Shown in pieces: positions 1 to 11,408 of a DNA stretch of 32,000 nucleotides. Under the pieces are notes generated by a model, which did no database searches, was not told the DNA's origin, and saw only the letters and a program-made list of their open reading frames with translations. A program made the position numbers and the translations under genes. Origin of the DNA: Pseudomonas aeruginosa (GTDB taxonomy: Bacteria > Pseudomonadota > Gammaproteobacteria > Pseudomonadales > Pseudomonadaceae); the NCBI RefSeq assembly GCF_001457615.1, contig NZ_LN831024.1:3330001-3362000 (forward strand). The letters run 5' to 3'. Within the stretch, counting starts at the first letter, position 1. Each line of letters opens with the position of its first letter.

Positions 1-1026
1 GTGATCAGCCTGCAGTACCTCGCCACCCTGCTCGCCCGGCCCTACGCCGGGCGCGTCATCGACGGCCTCGGGCCGAAGCGCGCGGTGCTCTACGGCATGG
101 CCGGCAGCGCCGCGAGCGGGCTGTTCATGCTGCTCTCGGTGGCGATCCAGGGCTGGCCGGCGCTGAGCCTGGCCAGCCTGCTGGTCGGCCGCCTGGTACT
201 CGGCGCGGCGGAAAGCCTGGTCGGCTCGGCGGCGATCGGCTGGGGCATCGGCCGGGTCGGCGCGCCGCACACCGCCAAGGTGATTTCCTGGAACGGCATC
301 GCCAGCTACGGCGCCATCGCCCTCGGGGCGCCGCTAGGGGTGCTGCTGGTGCAGTGGCTGGGGCTGTGGAGCATGGGCGCGTCCATCGTCCTGCTCGGGG
401 CGCTCGGCTTCGCCCTGGCCTGGCCGAAGTTGCCGGCGCCGCTGGTGCACGGCGAGCGACTGCCGTTCCAGCATGTGCTCGGCCGGGTCACCCCGCACGG
501 TATGGGCCTGGCGCTGGGGGCGATCGGCTTCGGCACCATCGCCACCTTCATCACCCTTTATTACGCCAGCCGTGGCTGGGCCAACGCAGTGCTCTGCCTG
601 AGTGCCTTCGGCGGTTGCTTCATCGGCGCCCGGCTGTTGTTCGCCAATAGCATCAACCGGCTCGGCGGCTTCCGCGTGGCGATCATCTGCCTCGGCGTCG
701 AAAGCCTCGGCCTGCTGTTGCTGTGGAGCGCGCCGAATCCCTGGGTCGGCCTGGCCGGCGCGGCGCTCACCGGCTTCGGCTTCTCCCTGGTGTTCCCGGC
801 GTTCGGCGTGGAAGCGGTGAACCTGGTACCGGCTTCCAACCGTGGCGCGGCGCTGGGCGCCTACTCGCTGTTCGTCGACCTGTCGCTGGGCATCACCGGG
901 CCGCTGGTGGGCTTCGTCGCCAACCTGTTCGGCTTCCGCTCGATGTTCCTCTTCGCCTGCCTGGCCTCGCTCGGCGGGCTGGCCCTGGCCGTCGCACTGC
1001 ACCGGCGCAGCCGCCGGCCCGTCTAG
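1..1026 (+). CDS. MFS-family transporter, 5' end truncated by the window edge (PA1993-like)
   Basis: The ORF is open from base 1 to TAG at 1024-1026. Its 341 aa are very hydrophobic and Gly/Ala/Leu-rich, with multiple TM-like segments. The loop [16 protein letters not shown] resembles the MFS TM2-TM3 motif. It is convergent with ercS, as in the PAO1 gene order I recall. Confidence 0.8.
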   Translation: MISLQYLATLLARPYAGRVIDGLGPKRAVLYGMAGSAASGLFMLLSVAIQGWPALSLASLLVGRLVLGAAESLVGSAAIGWGIGRVGAPHTAKVISWNGIASYGAIALGAPLGVLLVQWLGLWSMGASIVLLGALGFALAWPKLPAPLVHGERLPFQHVLGRVTPHGMGLALGAIGFGTIATFITLYYASRGWANAVLCLSAFGGCFIGARLLFANSINRLGGFRVAIICLGVESLGLLLLWSAPNPWVGLAGAALTGFGFSLVFPAFGVEAVNLVPASNRGAALGAYSLFVDLSLGITGPLVGFVANLFGFRSMFLFACLASLGGLALAVALHRRSRRPV

Positions 1027-1058
1027 GGCGTGCACCGTCCCAGGCGGCGGTACGCGTT

Positions 1059-2750
1059 CTAGAGCTCGCCGAGCAAGGCGCTCAGGGCCGCGCGCAACTT
1101 GCCGGGCTTCAGCGGCTTGTTGAGCAGCGGCACGCCCAGGCGGGCCAGCGCGCGGCGGCAATCGTCGCTGCGGTCGGCGGTGATCATCACCGCGGCGATC
1201 TCCGCGCCGTAGTCCTCGCGCAAGGCGCCCAGCAACTGGCAACCGGTAGCGCCGTGGTCCAGGTGGTAGTCGACCAGGATCGCATCCGGCGCGCGGCCAT
1301 CGAGCGCCTTGCGCGCGCCTTCCAGGTCGGTGGCGGTAAGCACCTCGCAGCCCCACTGGCAGAGCAGCGCGGACATGCTGAAGAGAATCTCGGTCTCGTT
1401 GTCCACCACCAGCAGCAGCCGTCCCGGCAGCGGATCACCAGCCGAAACCCGCGCAATCGCCTCGCCGGGTGCTGGCCGCGCCGGCTTGCGGACCAGCGGC
1501 ACCTCGATGGCGAACAGCGAGCCTCGGCCTGGAGTCGAATGCACCTCGATGCGGTAGCCGAGGATGCCGGCGATACGGTCGACGATGGCCAGCCCGAGTC
1601 CGACGCCACGGCGCTCGGAAGCGCGCCCGGCGTCCAGTTGGTTGAACTCGAGGAAGATCGCCTGCAACTGGTCGGCGGGGATGCCCCGGCCAGTGTCCCA
1701 CACCTCCAGGCGTACCTTGCCGCCACGCCGGCGCGCCCCCAGCAGCACGCTGCCGCGCTCGGTGTAGCGGCAGGCGTTGCTGAGCAAGTTGCGCAGGATC
1801 CGCGACAGCAGGCGCGCGTCGGTGCGCACTGCCAGTCGCGGGATCCGCGCACGCAGGGCCAGGCCGGCGGCACGCGCGACTTCCTCGAACTCCGAGGCCA
1901 GCGGAGCGAGCAGTTCGTCGAGGGAATAGTCGCCCAGGTCCGGACGGATCGCGCTCTGGTCGAGCCGGGCGATTTCCAGCAGGTCGGTGAGCAAGGTCTC
2001 GGCACCTTCCAGGGCCAGGTGGGTGCGCTCCACCAGTTGCAGTTCGGCGGCCGGCAGGCCCCGTTCGCGCAGGGTGTCGACCAGCAGCCGCGCCGCGTTG
2101 AGCGGTTGCAGCAGGTCGTGGCTGGCGGCGGCGAGGTACTTGTCCTTGCTGTGGTTGGCGGCTTCGGCGGCGTCGCGCGCCTGGCGCAACTGGCGGTTGA
2201 GCTCTTCCAGCTCGTGGGTGCGCTCGGCTACCCGCCGCTCCAGCTCCTCGTTCATGGTCTGCAGGCGCTGCTGGGCCTGGACCCGCTCGGTGATATCGGC
2301 GACGAAACCTTCGACCAATTCTTCCTCGTCGTGCCTGAGCAGCAGGTTCATCAATACCTCGATGTGACTGCCGTCCCTGCGCCAGAGGCGCGTCTCGTAG
2401 CCGAACAGGCCGCCGCGCTCGCGCAGCAGCGCGCGGATCCGTCGCATCTCGGCCTCGCCGCCGACGAACAGTTGCCCGGCCATGTCCTCCAGCGACCAGA
2501 GCACCTGTTGCGGATCGTCGTAGCCGAGCATCTGCGCCAGCGCCGGATTGGCGGCGCGCAGCCCCTGGCCGAGGCTGGCCTGGAAGATGCCGTGCACCGC
2601 GTGCTCGAACAGCCATTTGTAGCGGTTGCGCTCGGCCTCCAGCTCCTCCAGGCGCGCCAGCAGCTCCGGGTAGTGGCTCTTGCGCGCGGAGTGGCTGCCC
2701 AGGCCGAGTAACCCGGCCAGGGCCTCCTGCTGCTCAGAGGGCCTCGCCAT
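1059..2750 (-). CDS. ercS: Soluble hybrid sensor histidine kinase/response regulator ErcS (PAS, HisKA, HATPase, C-terminal REC)
   Basis: H-box SHDLLQPLNAARLL. ATPase-domain motifs LLSNACRYT, EVWDTGRGIP and GVGLGLAIV. C-terminal receiver LLLVVDNE...ILVDYHLD...NKPLKP. No TM segments. The longest ORF starts at ATG 2765. ATG 2750 is preferred because GAGGTGG lies 4 nt upstream, while 2765 has no SD. Either start overlaps the ercA stop, which suggests translational coupling. Confidence 0.85.
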   Translation of the reverse strand: MARPSEQQEALAGLLGLGSHSARKSHYPELLARLEELEAERNRYKWLFEHAVHGIFQASLGQGLRAANPALAQMLGYDDPQQVLWSLEDMAGQLFVGGEAEMRRIRALLRERGGLFGYETRLWRRDGSHIEVLMNLLLRHDEEELVEGFVADITERVQAQQRLQTMNEELERRVAERTHELEELNRQLRQARDAAEAANHSKDKYLAAASHDLLQPLNAARLLVDTLRERGLPAAELQLVERTHLALEGAETLLTDLLEIARLDQSAIRPDLGDYSLDELLAPLASEFEEVARAAGLALRARIPRLAVRTDARLLSRILRNLLSNACRYTERGSVLLGARRRGGKVRLEVWDTGRGIPADQLQAIFLEFNQLDAGRASERRGVGLGLAIVDRIAGILGYRIEVHSTPGRGSLFAIEVPLVRKPARPAPGEAIARVSAGDPLPGRLLLVVDNETEILFSMSALLCQWGCEVLTATDLEGARKALDGRAPDAILVDYHLDHGATGCQLLGALREDYGAEIAAVMITADRSDDCRRALARLGVPLLNKPLKPGKLRAALSALLGEL

Positions 2751-3909
2751 AGACCACCTCGACATCGCGCTGGCTCGACTCGCGCGGGTTGGTAAGGATG
2801 CACGGGTCCTGCATCGCGTGGCGCGAGAGGAAAGGAATGTCGGAGCTGCCGACCCCGTGCAGGGCGAGGCTCTCGTGGAAACCCACGGCGTGCTTGAAGG
2901 CGATCAGGTGGTCCACCAGGCGCTGGCGGACCTGCCCCTGGGTCAGACCGCGGCAATCGATGCCGAAGGTCTCGGCGATCACCTTGAAGCGTTCCGGCGC
3001 GGCGCTGTAGTTGAACGCCACCACGTGTTCGACCAGCGCCGCGTTGCACAGGCCGTGGGGCAGGTCGAGATAGCCGCCGAGGCTGTGCGACATGGCATGC
3101 ACCGCGCCGAGGATGGCGTTGGAGAAGGCCAGCCCGGCCTGCATGCTCCCGAGCATGATCTTCTCGCGCAGGGCGATGTCGCCGGGGTTGGCGATCATCT
3201 GTACCAGATTGCCATCGATCAGGCGCATCGCTTCCAGCGCGTGGGGATCGGTCAGCGGCCCGTGGCCGGTGGAGACGAACGCCTCGATGGCGTGTACCAG
3301 TGCATCGATGCCGGTACAGGCCGAAAGGAAGGGATCCATGGTCAACGTGGTTTCCGGGTCGATCAGCGAGACGTCAGGCACAACCGCCTTGCTCACCACG
3401 GAGAACTTCATGCGCTCGTCCTGGTTGGAAATGATCACGAACTGCGAGACGTCCGCCGAAGTCCCGGCGGTGGTCGGGATCAGGATCAGCGGCGGACTCG
3501 GCACCCGCAGCCGGTCGACGCCTTCGAACTCGAGGATGCTGCGGCCATGGGCGGCGACGATGCCGATGCCCTTGGCGCAATCCATCGGGCTGCCGCCGCC
3601 CACCGCGACGATCACGTTGCAGCCCTCGCTGCGATAGAACTCGGCGCCGAGCATCACCTCGTCGACCCGGGGGTTGGGCGAAACGCCGGTATACAGGCAG
3701 TAGTCGATGCCCTGCCCCTCCAGGCTTGCCTGGATGTCGGCGACCCAGCCGGCGGCGAGCACGCCGGGGTCGGAGACCAGCAGGACCTTGCGCGCACCGA
3801 AGGTCTTCACGTAGTTGGCGACGCTGTGCCGGCAGCCGGCGCCGAAGATGATCTCGGGCGAGACGAATTTACGCAGTTGGCTGAGGTCGTGGCTCATCTG
3901 ACAGACCAT
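2734..3909 (-). CDS. ercA: Iron-containing (group III) alcohol dehydrogenase ErcA
   Basis: 391-aa ORF with Fe-ADH hallmarks: GGGSPMDCAKG, the histidine-rich metal region HAMSHSLGG...PHG, and PTTAGTSADVS. An alternative ATG at 3897 (MSHDL...) would give 387 aa. Neither start has a strong SD. Confidence 0.9.
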   Translation of the reverse strand: MVCQMSHDLSQLRKFVSPEIIFGAGCRHSVANYVKTFGARKVLLVSDPGVLAAGWVADIQASLEGQGIDYCLYTGVSPNPRVDEVMLGAEFYRSEGCNVIVAVGGGSPMDCAKGIGIVAAHGRSILEFEGVDRLRVPSPPLILIPTTAGTSADVSQFVIISNQDERMKFSVVSKAVVPDVSLIDPETTLTMDPFLSACTGIDALVHAIEAFVSTGHGPLTDPHALEAMRLIDGNLVQMIANPGDIALREKIMLGSMQAGLAFSNAILGAVHAMSHSLGGYLDLPHGLCNAALVEHVVAFNYSAAPERFKVIAETFGIDCRGLTQGQVRQRLVDHLIAFKHAVGFHESLALHGVGSSDIPFLSRHAMQDPCILTNPRESSQRDVEVVYGEAL

Positions 3910-3982
3910 TCTTATTGTTATCGGACATTGCCGGCAGCCTACTGCATTCGTCGGTTATTGCAATGCGACCTTGGCGGCCCTT
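3910..3982 (-). promoter_or_regulatory. pqqH-ercA intergenic spacer, probable ercA promoter/5'UTR
   Basis: A 73-nt spacer, noticeably more AT-rich than its surroundings, containing the 8-bp palindrome ATTGCAAT (3957-3964). No convincing -35/-10 pair could be assigned by eye. Confidence 0.3.
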
Positions 3983-5809
3983 TCAATCCTCCAGCAGGCC
4001 CAGGTAGAAGCGCCATTCCGCCAGCAGCGCATGGGCGCGATTGGCCGGCTGGCGGAAACCGTGGCGCTCCTGCGGATAGCGGTGGCACTCCACGCGCACG
4101 CCGCTGCGCCGCAGGCCGGCGACCATCGCCTCGGTCTGCTCCGGCACCACCACCGCGTCGAGCCCGCCCTGGAAGAACACTACCGGCGCGCGGATACGCC
4201 CGACCTGAAGCACCGGGCTGCGCACCAGGTAGCGACGGCGCTGGCGCAGCGGGTCGCCAATCAGCCAGTCGAGGTAGTCACCCTCGAACTTGTGGGTGCA
4301 ACGCGCCAGTGCCAACGGATCGCTGACCCCATAGAGACTGGCGCCGCCGCGCAGGCCATCGAGGCAAGCCAGGGCGCGCAACGCGCTGTAGCCTCCGGCG
4401 CTGGCGCCACGGACGAAGACCCGGGCGCGGTCGATCCGTCCCTCCGCGTCCAGCTGCGCCAGCGCGGCCTCGATATCGCGCAACTCCAGGCGCCCCCACT
4501 GGCCGCGCAAGCGCTGCCGATAGGCGCGGCCGTAGCCGCTGCTGCCCCGGTAGTTCAGCGCGGCCACGGCGAAACCGCGCTGGGTCCAGAACTGCAGGCC
4601 GGCATCGAACGCCGGCGAATGCATCGAGGTCGGTCCGCCATGCAGCCACACCAGCAGCGGCGGTGGTCGTCGGGGATCGACGCGGCGGCGGGCATTGCGC
4701 GGCGGATAGAAGAAACCGTGGCCGTTTTCGCCGTTGCCCAGCCCATAGACGAAGGCCTGCGGATGCGACAGGTCGTCCTCCGCCAGCGGTCGCTCGCCGC
4801 CACGCAGCACCTCGACACGCAGCTCGTCGCGATGGATCGCCAGCAGCGCCGGCAGGCGCCCGGCCGCCGCCGCGATGCAGTAGAACGCCCGGGCATCCGC
4901 GGCCAGTCCGGCGAACCGGTTCCAGTCCGCGGCCAGGCGCCGCTCGCTGCCGTCCGCTTCGCGCAGGAACAGTTGCCCGCCGCCGGCCTCGACGCGACTG
5001 AGCAGCAGCCTTCCCTCTCCCAGCGGCAGGTAGCTGCAAGCGCCCAATTGCCAGGGCGCGCCAGCGTGGTCGGCATCGGCGAAGCGGCCGGCCAACGCTA
5101 CCTCGGCGCAGGGACGCCACCAGCCGTCGCGGTCGCTCAGCCAGTGAAGGCGGCCGGCGGGATCGAAGCGTGGTTGCTGGATCGACTCGCCGCCTCCGGC
5201 TCCGGCCAGGCAGCGCGTACGCCCATTCTCCGCCAGGCCCAGGCGGGTCTCGGTCCAGGGCTGGTGCGGACGGTCCCATTCGATCCAGGCCAGCCGCCGC
5301 CCCTGGCCGGCGGCACGCGGCGCGGCGTAGAAATCGGCACCCTCGACCAGCACCCGGCGCGCGCCATCGGCGTCCAGGCGCACGATGCGATGCACGACCC
5401 CGGTCGGCCCATGGCTCTCTTCCACCGCCAGCAGGGCATCCCAGGCATCGACGTAGGCCAGGTCGCCGTAGCGACACTGCGCCCCGCCGCCCAGCACTTG
5501 GGCTGCGCGGCCCGCTCGCCAGCGGCGTACCTGCTGGTCGGTTTCGTCGACCCAGGCCAGCCCGTCGAGCGTCACGCAGCAGGCGCCGCCGCCGTACTCG
5601 TAGACCCGGCTGCGCACCGAGCCGTCCGGCGCGGTGGGCTCCTCCAGCACGCCGTCGCGCCACAGGTACAGGCGCGAGCGCGCGCTGGCCGGATCGAATT
5701 CCACCCAGGCCAGCCCGCCATGGGCCGCCTTCAGCTCGCTGAAATCGCGCCCGGCGGCCACCGCGCGCTCGGCGCTCCAGTCGCTCGGCCAGTCGCCGTA
5801 GTCGACCAT
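3983..5809 (-). CDS. pqqH: S9 (prolyl oligopeptidase family) serine peptidase PqqH, last gene of the pqq operon
   Basis: 608-aa ORF. The C-terminal alpha/beta-hydrolase domain carries the nucleophile motif GASAGGY. The N-terminal region is beta-propeller-like and rich in W/D/G. Its start lies 4 nt after the pqqE stop. Confidence 0.85.
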   Translation of the reverse strand: MVDYGDWPSDWSAERAVAAGRDFSELKAAHGGLAWVEFDPASARSRLYLWRDGVLEEPTAPDGSVRSRVYEYGGGACCVTLDGLAWVDETDQQVRRWRAGRAAQVLGGGAQCRYGDLAYVDAWDALLAVEESHGPTGVVHRIVRLDADGARRVLVEGADFYAAPRAAGQGRRLAWIEWDRPHQPWTETRLGLAENGRTRCLAGAGGGESIQQPRFDPAGRLHWLSDRDGWWRPCAEVALAGRFADADHAGAPWQLGACSYLPLGEGRLLLSRVEAGGGQLFLREADGSERRLAADWNRFAGLAADARAFYCIAAAAGRLPALLAIHRDELRVEVLRGGERPLAEDDLSHPQAFVYGLGNGENGHGFFYPPRNARRRVDPRRPPPLLVWLHGGPTSMHSPAFDAGLQFWTQRGFAVAALNYRGSSGYGRAYRQRLRGQWGRLELRDIEAALAQLDAEGRIDRARVFVRGASAGGYSALRALACLDGLRGGASLYGVSDPLALARCTHKFEGDYLDWLIGDPLRQRRRYLVRSPVLQVGRIRAPVVFFQGGLDAVVVPEQTEAMVAGLRRSGVRVECHRYPQERHGFRQPANRAHALLAEWRFYLGLLED

Positions 5810-5813
5810 TGCC

Positions 5814-6959
5814 TCAGGCCTTGCAGATCAGGCGTGACGCGCGCTGGTTGCGCCAGGTCAGCGCGTCCAGGCCAAGCGGCGCCTCCTCGGCCTGGCGACG
5901 GGCCGCGAGGATCAGGTCGTGCCGTGCCGACTTGGCGCAGACCGGGTCGGTGGCGTCGGCATCGCCGGTGAGGAGGAACGCCTGGCAGCGGCAGCCGCCG
6001 TGGTCCCTCTCCTTCTCCTCGCAGGAACGGCAGGGTTCGGGCATCCAGGCGTCGCCGCGGTAACGGTTGAAGCCGAACGATTCGTACCAGATGTGGCGCA
6101 GGCTGTGCTCGCGCACGTTGGGAAACTGCACCGGCAATTGCCGCGCGCTGTGACACGGCAGCGCGGTGCCGTCGGGGGTGATGTCGAGGAATACGCTGGC
6201 CCAGCCGCCCATGCAGGCCTTCGGCCGTTCCTCGTAGTAGTCGGGGGTGACGAAGATCAGCTTGCACGGATTGCCTTCGGCGGCCAGCCGCTGGCGGTAT
6301 TCGGCGGTGATCCGCTCGGCGCGCTCCAGTTGGGCGCGGGTCGGCAGCAGCCCGGCACGGTTCAGCGCGGCCCAGCCGTAGAACTGGCAAGTGGCGAGTT
6401 CGACGTAATCGGCTTCCAGCTCGATGCACAGCTGGATGATCCGCTCGATGTTGTCGATGTTGTGCCGGTGGGTGACGAAGTTGAGCACCATCGGATAGCC
6501 GTGCGCCTTCACCGCGCGGGCCATCGCCAGTTTCTGGGCGAAGGCCTTGCGTGAGCCGGCGAGCAGGTTGTTCACTTCTTCGTCGGCGGCCTGGAAGCTG
6601 ATCTGCACGTGGTCCAGCCCGGCCTCGGCGAAGCGCGCCAGGCGTGCCTCGTCGAGGCCGATGCCGGAGGTGATCAGGTTGGTGTAGAAGCCCAGGCCGC
6701 GCCCTGCCTCGATCAGTTCGGCGAGGTCCTGGCGCAGCAGCGGCTCGCCGCCGGAGAAACCGAGCTGTGCGGCGCCCAGCTCGCGGGCCTGGCGGAACAC
6801 CTCGATCCATTCCGCGGTACTCAGCTCGGCGCCCTCGCGGGCGAATTCCAGCGGGTTCGAGCAGTACGGGCACTGCAACGGACAGCGATAGGTCAGCTCG
6901 GCCAGCAGCCAGAGCGGCGGCCCCACGCTTTCACTGCAGCTCGATCCAGAATTGCGCAT
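5814..6959 (-). CDS. pqqE: PQQ biosynthesis radical-SAM enzyme PqqE
   Basis: Radical SAM cluster motif CPLQCPYC near the N-terminus ([19 protein letters not shown]). A C-terminal SPASM-like Cys cluster ([18 protein letters not shown]). The start overlaps the pqqD 3' end by 29 nt. Confidence 0.95.
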
Positions 6960-7209
6960 GGGCCACCTCGAGGAACGCCAGGATGTCTTCGTCTATGCCG
7001 GGGACTTCGGGGAAACGCTCGCGCAGCGCCGCGACGATGGCCGCCACGTCGCGGCGGCCATCGACCAGCTTGAGGATTTCCCCGGCGCTGTCGTTGAGCT
7101 TGACCATGCCTTCGGGGTAGAGCAGCACATGGCAGTCCTGGGCCGGTTCGAACTGGAAGCGGAAGCCCCGGCGCAGCATCGGCACGCTGTCGAGCGACGG
7201 CAGGCTCAT
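6931..7209 (-). CDS. pqqD: PQQ biosynthesis peptide chaperone PqqD
   Basis: 92-aa product [51 protein letters not shown]... typical of PqqD. Its ATG (7209-7207) overlaps the pqqC TGA (7208-7206) as ATGA. The longer 267-aa ORF in the track is an R/P/G-rich upstream extension and was rejected. Confidence 0.9.
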
Positions 7210-7958
7210 GATGCCAGCCCCCGATGCCAGACCCGCTCGCGGGTCACCGTGTGGTACGGCGGGCGTTCGAGTTCGTAGGCCATGCTCATCGCGTCGAGCA
7301 TGCTCCACAACACGTCCAGCTTGAATTGCAGGATATCCAGCATGCGTTCCTGTGCCTCGCGGGTCCGATAGTGCTCCAGGGTGATCCGCAGGCCGTGCTC
7401 GACGTCGCGCCGGGCCTGGGCCAGGCGACTGCGGAAATACTCGTAGCCGGCCGCCTCGATCCACGGATAGTGGCGCGGCCAGCTGTCCAGCCGCGACTGG
7501 TGGATCTGCGGGGCGAAGAGTTCGGTCAGCGAACTGCTCGCCGCCTCCTGCCAACTGGCGCGACGGGCGAAGTTGACGTAGGCGTCGACGGCGAAGCGCA
7601 CGCCGGGCAGCACCCGCTCTTCGGAGAGCACCTGCTCGCGCTCCAGGCCCACCGCTTCCGCCAGGCGCAGCCAGGCCTCGATGCCGCCCGCCTCGCCGGG
7701 GGCGCCGTCGTGGTCGAGGATGCGCTGGATCCACTCGCGGCGGACCTCGCGGTCGGGACAGTTGGCCAGGATCGCCGCGTCCTTCAGCGGGATGTTGACC
7801 TGGTAGTAGAAACGGTTCGCCACCCAGCCCTGGATCTGTTCGCGACTGGCACGGCCCTCGTACATCGCGACATGGAACGGATGGTGGATATGGTAGTAGC
7901 GTCCCTTGTCGCGCAGCGCCCGTTCGAATTCGGCGCGATCCATGGCGGCACGGCTCAT
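7206..7958 (-). CDS. pqqC: Pyrroloquinoline-quinone synthase PqqC
   Basis: 250-aa ORF with PqqC-typical sequence ([24 protein letters not shown]). Sits between pqqB and pqqD in the canonical order. Confidence 0.95.
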
Positions 7959-7967
7959 GTTGGCCCC

Positions 7968-8882
7968 CTACAGCTGGATGTGCATGCCATCCCAGGCCAC
8001 TTCGATGCCACTGGCATCCAGTTCGGCGCGTTCGGCCGAAGCGGTGTCGAGGATGGGATTGGTGTTGTTGATGTGGATGAGCACCTTGCGCGCGGCCGGC
8101 ACCTTCGCCAGCACCTCGAGCATGCCGCCCGGCCCGCTCTGCGCCAGGTGCCCCATCTGCCGGCCGAGCTTGTCGCCGACCTCGCAGACCAGCATCTCGT
8201 CATCGCGCCAGAGCGTACCGTCCACCAGCAGGCAGTCGGCGCGGCGCATCCATTCGAGCAGCGCCTCGTCCACCTCGCCGAGGCCCGGCGCATAGAACAG
8301 CGTACCGGCGCTATCGAGGTCCTCGACGAACAGGCCGATGTTGTCGCCCGGATGGGGGTCGCCGCGATGCGGGGAATACGGCGGCGCGCTGCTGCGCAGA
8401 GGGATCGCGGTGAAGCGCAGGCGCGGACAGGCCGGAATGGCGAAAGGCTCGCCATCGAGGGCGATCGGCCGATGGCGCAGGCCGCCGTTCCAGTGGGAAA
8501 GCATAGGGAACAGCGGGAAGCCTTCGCTGAGGTCCTGGTGGACCATCTGCGTGCACCAGACTTCGTGCGGGCAGCCTTCGCGCAGGCTGAGCAGGCCGGT
8601 GGTGTGGTCGATCTGGCTGTCGAGCAGGACGATCGCGCCGATCGCCGTATCGCGCGGCCGACGCGCCGGCTGGAGGGCCGGGAAGGCGGCGATCTGGGCA
8701 CGGATGTCGGGCGAGGCGTTGCAGAGGATCCAGCGCTCGCCGTCGTCGGACAGGGCGATGGAGGATTGCGTGCGTGGCTGGGCCGCTACGCTGCCGTCGC
8801 GGACCCCGCGACAGTTGCGGCAGTTGCAGTTCCACTGGGGGAAGCCGCCGCCGGCGGCCGAACCGAGAATACGGATGTGCAT
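7968..8882 (-). CDS. pqqB: PQQ biosynthesis protein PqqB (metallo-beta-lactamase fold)
   Basis: 304-aa ORF beginning [24 protein letters not shown], the PqqB N-terminal signature. Also contains the MBL-like [11 protein letters not shown] motif. Confidence 0.95.
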
Positions 8883-8907
8883 GGGTCTGCCCCGCGGGCT
8901 GGAGGGA

Positions 8908-8927
8908 GGCCCCGGAAGACCGGGGCC
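8908..8927 (-). promoter_or_regulatory. Perfect 8-bp stem / 4-nt loop hairpin between pqqA and pqqB
   Basis: GGCCCCGG-aaga-CCGGGGCC, read directly from the sequence. It lies 8 nt downstream of the pqqA stop, and no U-tract follows on the minus strand. This fits a partial attenuator or mRNA-stabilising element that raises pqqA over pqqB-H transcript levels. Confidence 0.45.
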
Positions 8928-8934
8928 GAACGGA

Positions 8935-9006
8935 TCAGCGGTTGGCGAAGTAGAGGGTCACTTCGAAACCGAGACGCAGGTCGGTGAAGCTGGGCTTGGT
9001 CCACAT
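8935..9006 (-). CDS. pqqA: PQQ precursor peptide PqqA (23 aa)
   Basis: Encodes [23 protein letters not shown], with the conserved E-x3-Y (EVTLY) that is cross-linked to form PQQ. SD GAGAGGA lies about 9 nt upstream of the ATG. It is embedded in a longer spurious 122-aa track ORF. Confidence 0.95.
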   Translation of the reverse strand: MWTKPSFTDLRLGFEVTLYFANR

Positions 9007-9224
9007 GGGGTCGATCCTCTCTGGTGGGGCCGGGCGATTCCGGCAGGTCGAGTTAAACATCAGCGGGGCTCGCTCCGAATGAGACTTTCGAAGGAGTTTT
9101 CCCCCTGATTTGGTAGGGACTGCCTGTCCCGCCCAAGGTTCGCCGGGAGAACGCCGTTGCGCCCCCCTGGTTCGCCCTGGTGCAGGGCAGAAGCCTAGTC
9201 CATGCAGGGGCGGCGGCGAGGCGG
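9007..9224 (-). promoter_or_regulatory. pqqA upstream region (promoter/5'UTR of the pqqABCDEH operon)
   Basis: A 218-nt non-coding stretch between the exaC terminator and pqqA. It contains two direct GGTTCGCC copies (9137-9144 and 9169-9176, plus-strand reading) and an AT-richer patch at 9050-9110. The exact -35/-10 was not assignable by eye. Confidence 0.4.
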
Positions 9225-9251
9225 AAAAAAAGACGCGGCCAGGGCCGCGTC
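9225..9251 (-). terminator. Rho-independent terminator downstream of exaC
   Basis: On the minus strand: GACGCGGCC-ct-GGCCGCGTC (perfect 9-bp arms) followed immediately by TTTTTTT. It lies 113 nt after the exaC stop. Confidence 0.8.
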
Positions 9252-9363
9252 GCGCCAGAACCCGCCATGGGGAAAGCCGCGTCGGGACGCGGGACGAGCG
9301 CACCCGCAGGTGCCTTGGCGGAAAGGCCGCGGGTCGGAGCGATCCGCGGCGGCTGAGGACCGC

Positions 9364-10884
<1,521 letters not shown>

Positions 10885-10970
10885 GGCGAAGCTCTCCTGT
10901 GTGGTCGTTCCGCCGTGGCGCGGCGGACTCGTGCAAGGGCGCCGCGGTCGGCGGCGAAGGGTCGGGCGCG

Positions 10971-11408
10971 TCACTCGTCGACGTGCACGCTTTCCAGATA
11001 GCTGCGGATCGCCCAGAGGCCTTCCTGGCTGATGAAGTCGGCCATCTTCGGCATGTACACCGCGCCATCGCGCACCGCGCCGTTGATGACCCGCTCCTTG
11101 AACCATTCGTCGCCCTCGGCGCCGGTCTCCAGCAGGCGCAGGTCCGGGGCGATGCCGCCGGACTTGGCTTCCAGGCCGTGGCAGCGCGCGCAGTTCTGGT
11201 TGTAGGCGGAGGCGCCGATCTCGACGGCGAGGTCGTGCTTGGCGTAGGGCTTGCGGTAGGGGTTGGTGTCGCGCCATTCCTTGCCCAGCGGCTCGAGTCC
11301 CTTGGTGTCCACTGCCTGGGGGGTCACATCGCCGTGGGCCAGCGCCAGGCTCGAGAGGCTGAGACCGGCCAGCACCAGCAGGCCGCGCAAGGCGTTGTTC
11401 TTGTTCAT
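10971..11408 (-). CDS. exaB: Cytochrome c550 ExaB, electron acceptor of quinoprotein ethanol dehydrogenase
   Basis: 145-aa product with signal peptide [26 protein letters not shown] and a single heme c motif CARCH. Strong SD GGAGGA upstream of ATG 11408. Confidence 0.9.
   Translation of the reverse strand: MNKNNALRGLLVLAGLSLSSLALAHGDVTPQAVDTKGLEPLGKEWRDTNPYRKPYAKHDLAVEIGASAYNQNCARCHGLEAKSGGIAPDLRLLETGAEGDEWFKERVINGAVRDGAVYMPKMADFISQEGLWAIRSYLESVHVDE

Noticed and set aside
723-2711. 662-aa ORF on the plus strand.
   Set aside because: It is entirely antisense to ercS. Its translation is low-complexity and rich in R/A/G/Q, with no motifs. Long antisense ORFs are expected by chance in DNA with very high GC3, because stop codons are rare on the opposite strand.
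3971-5971. 666-aa plus-strand ORF and the other nested ORFs over pqqH (for example 4278..5663 minus strand).
   Set aside because: They are antisense to, or out of frame with, the S9 peptidase gene, which has a clear GASAGGY catalytic motif. Their products are Arg/Ala/Pro/Gly-rich, typical of wrong-frame translation.
7224-8987. 587-aa plus-strand ORF spanning pqqC and pqqB.
   Set aside because: It is antisense to two well-recognised pqq genes. It has no domain signatures and a low-complexity composition.
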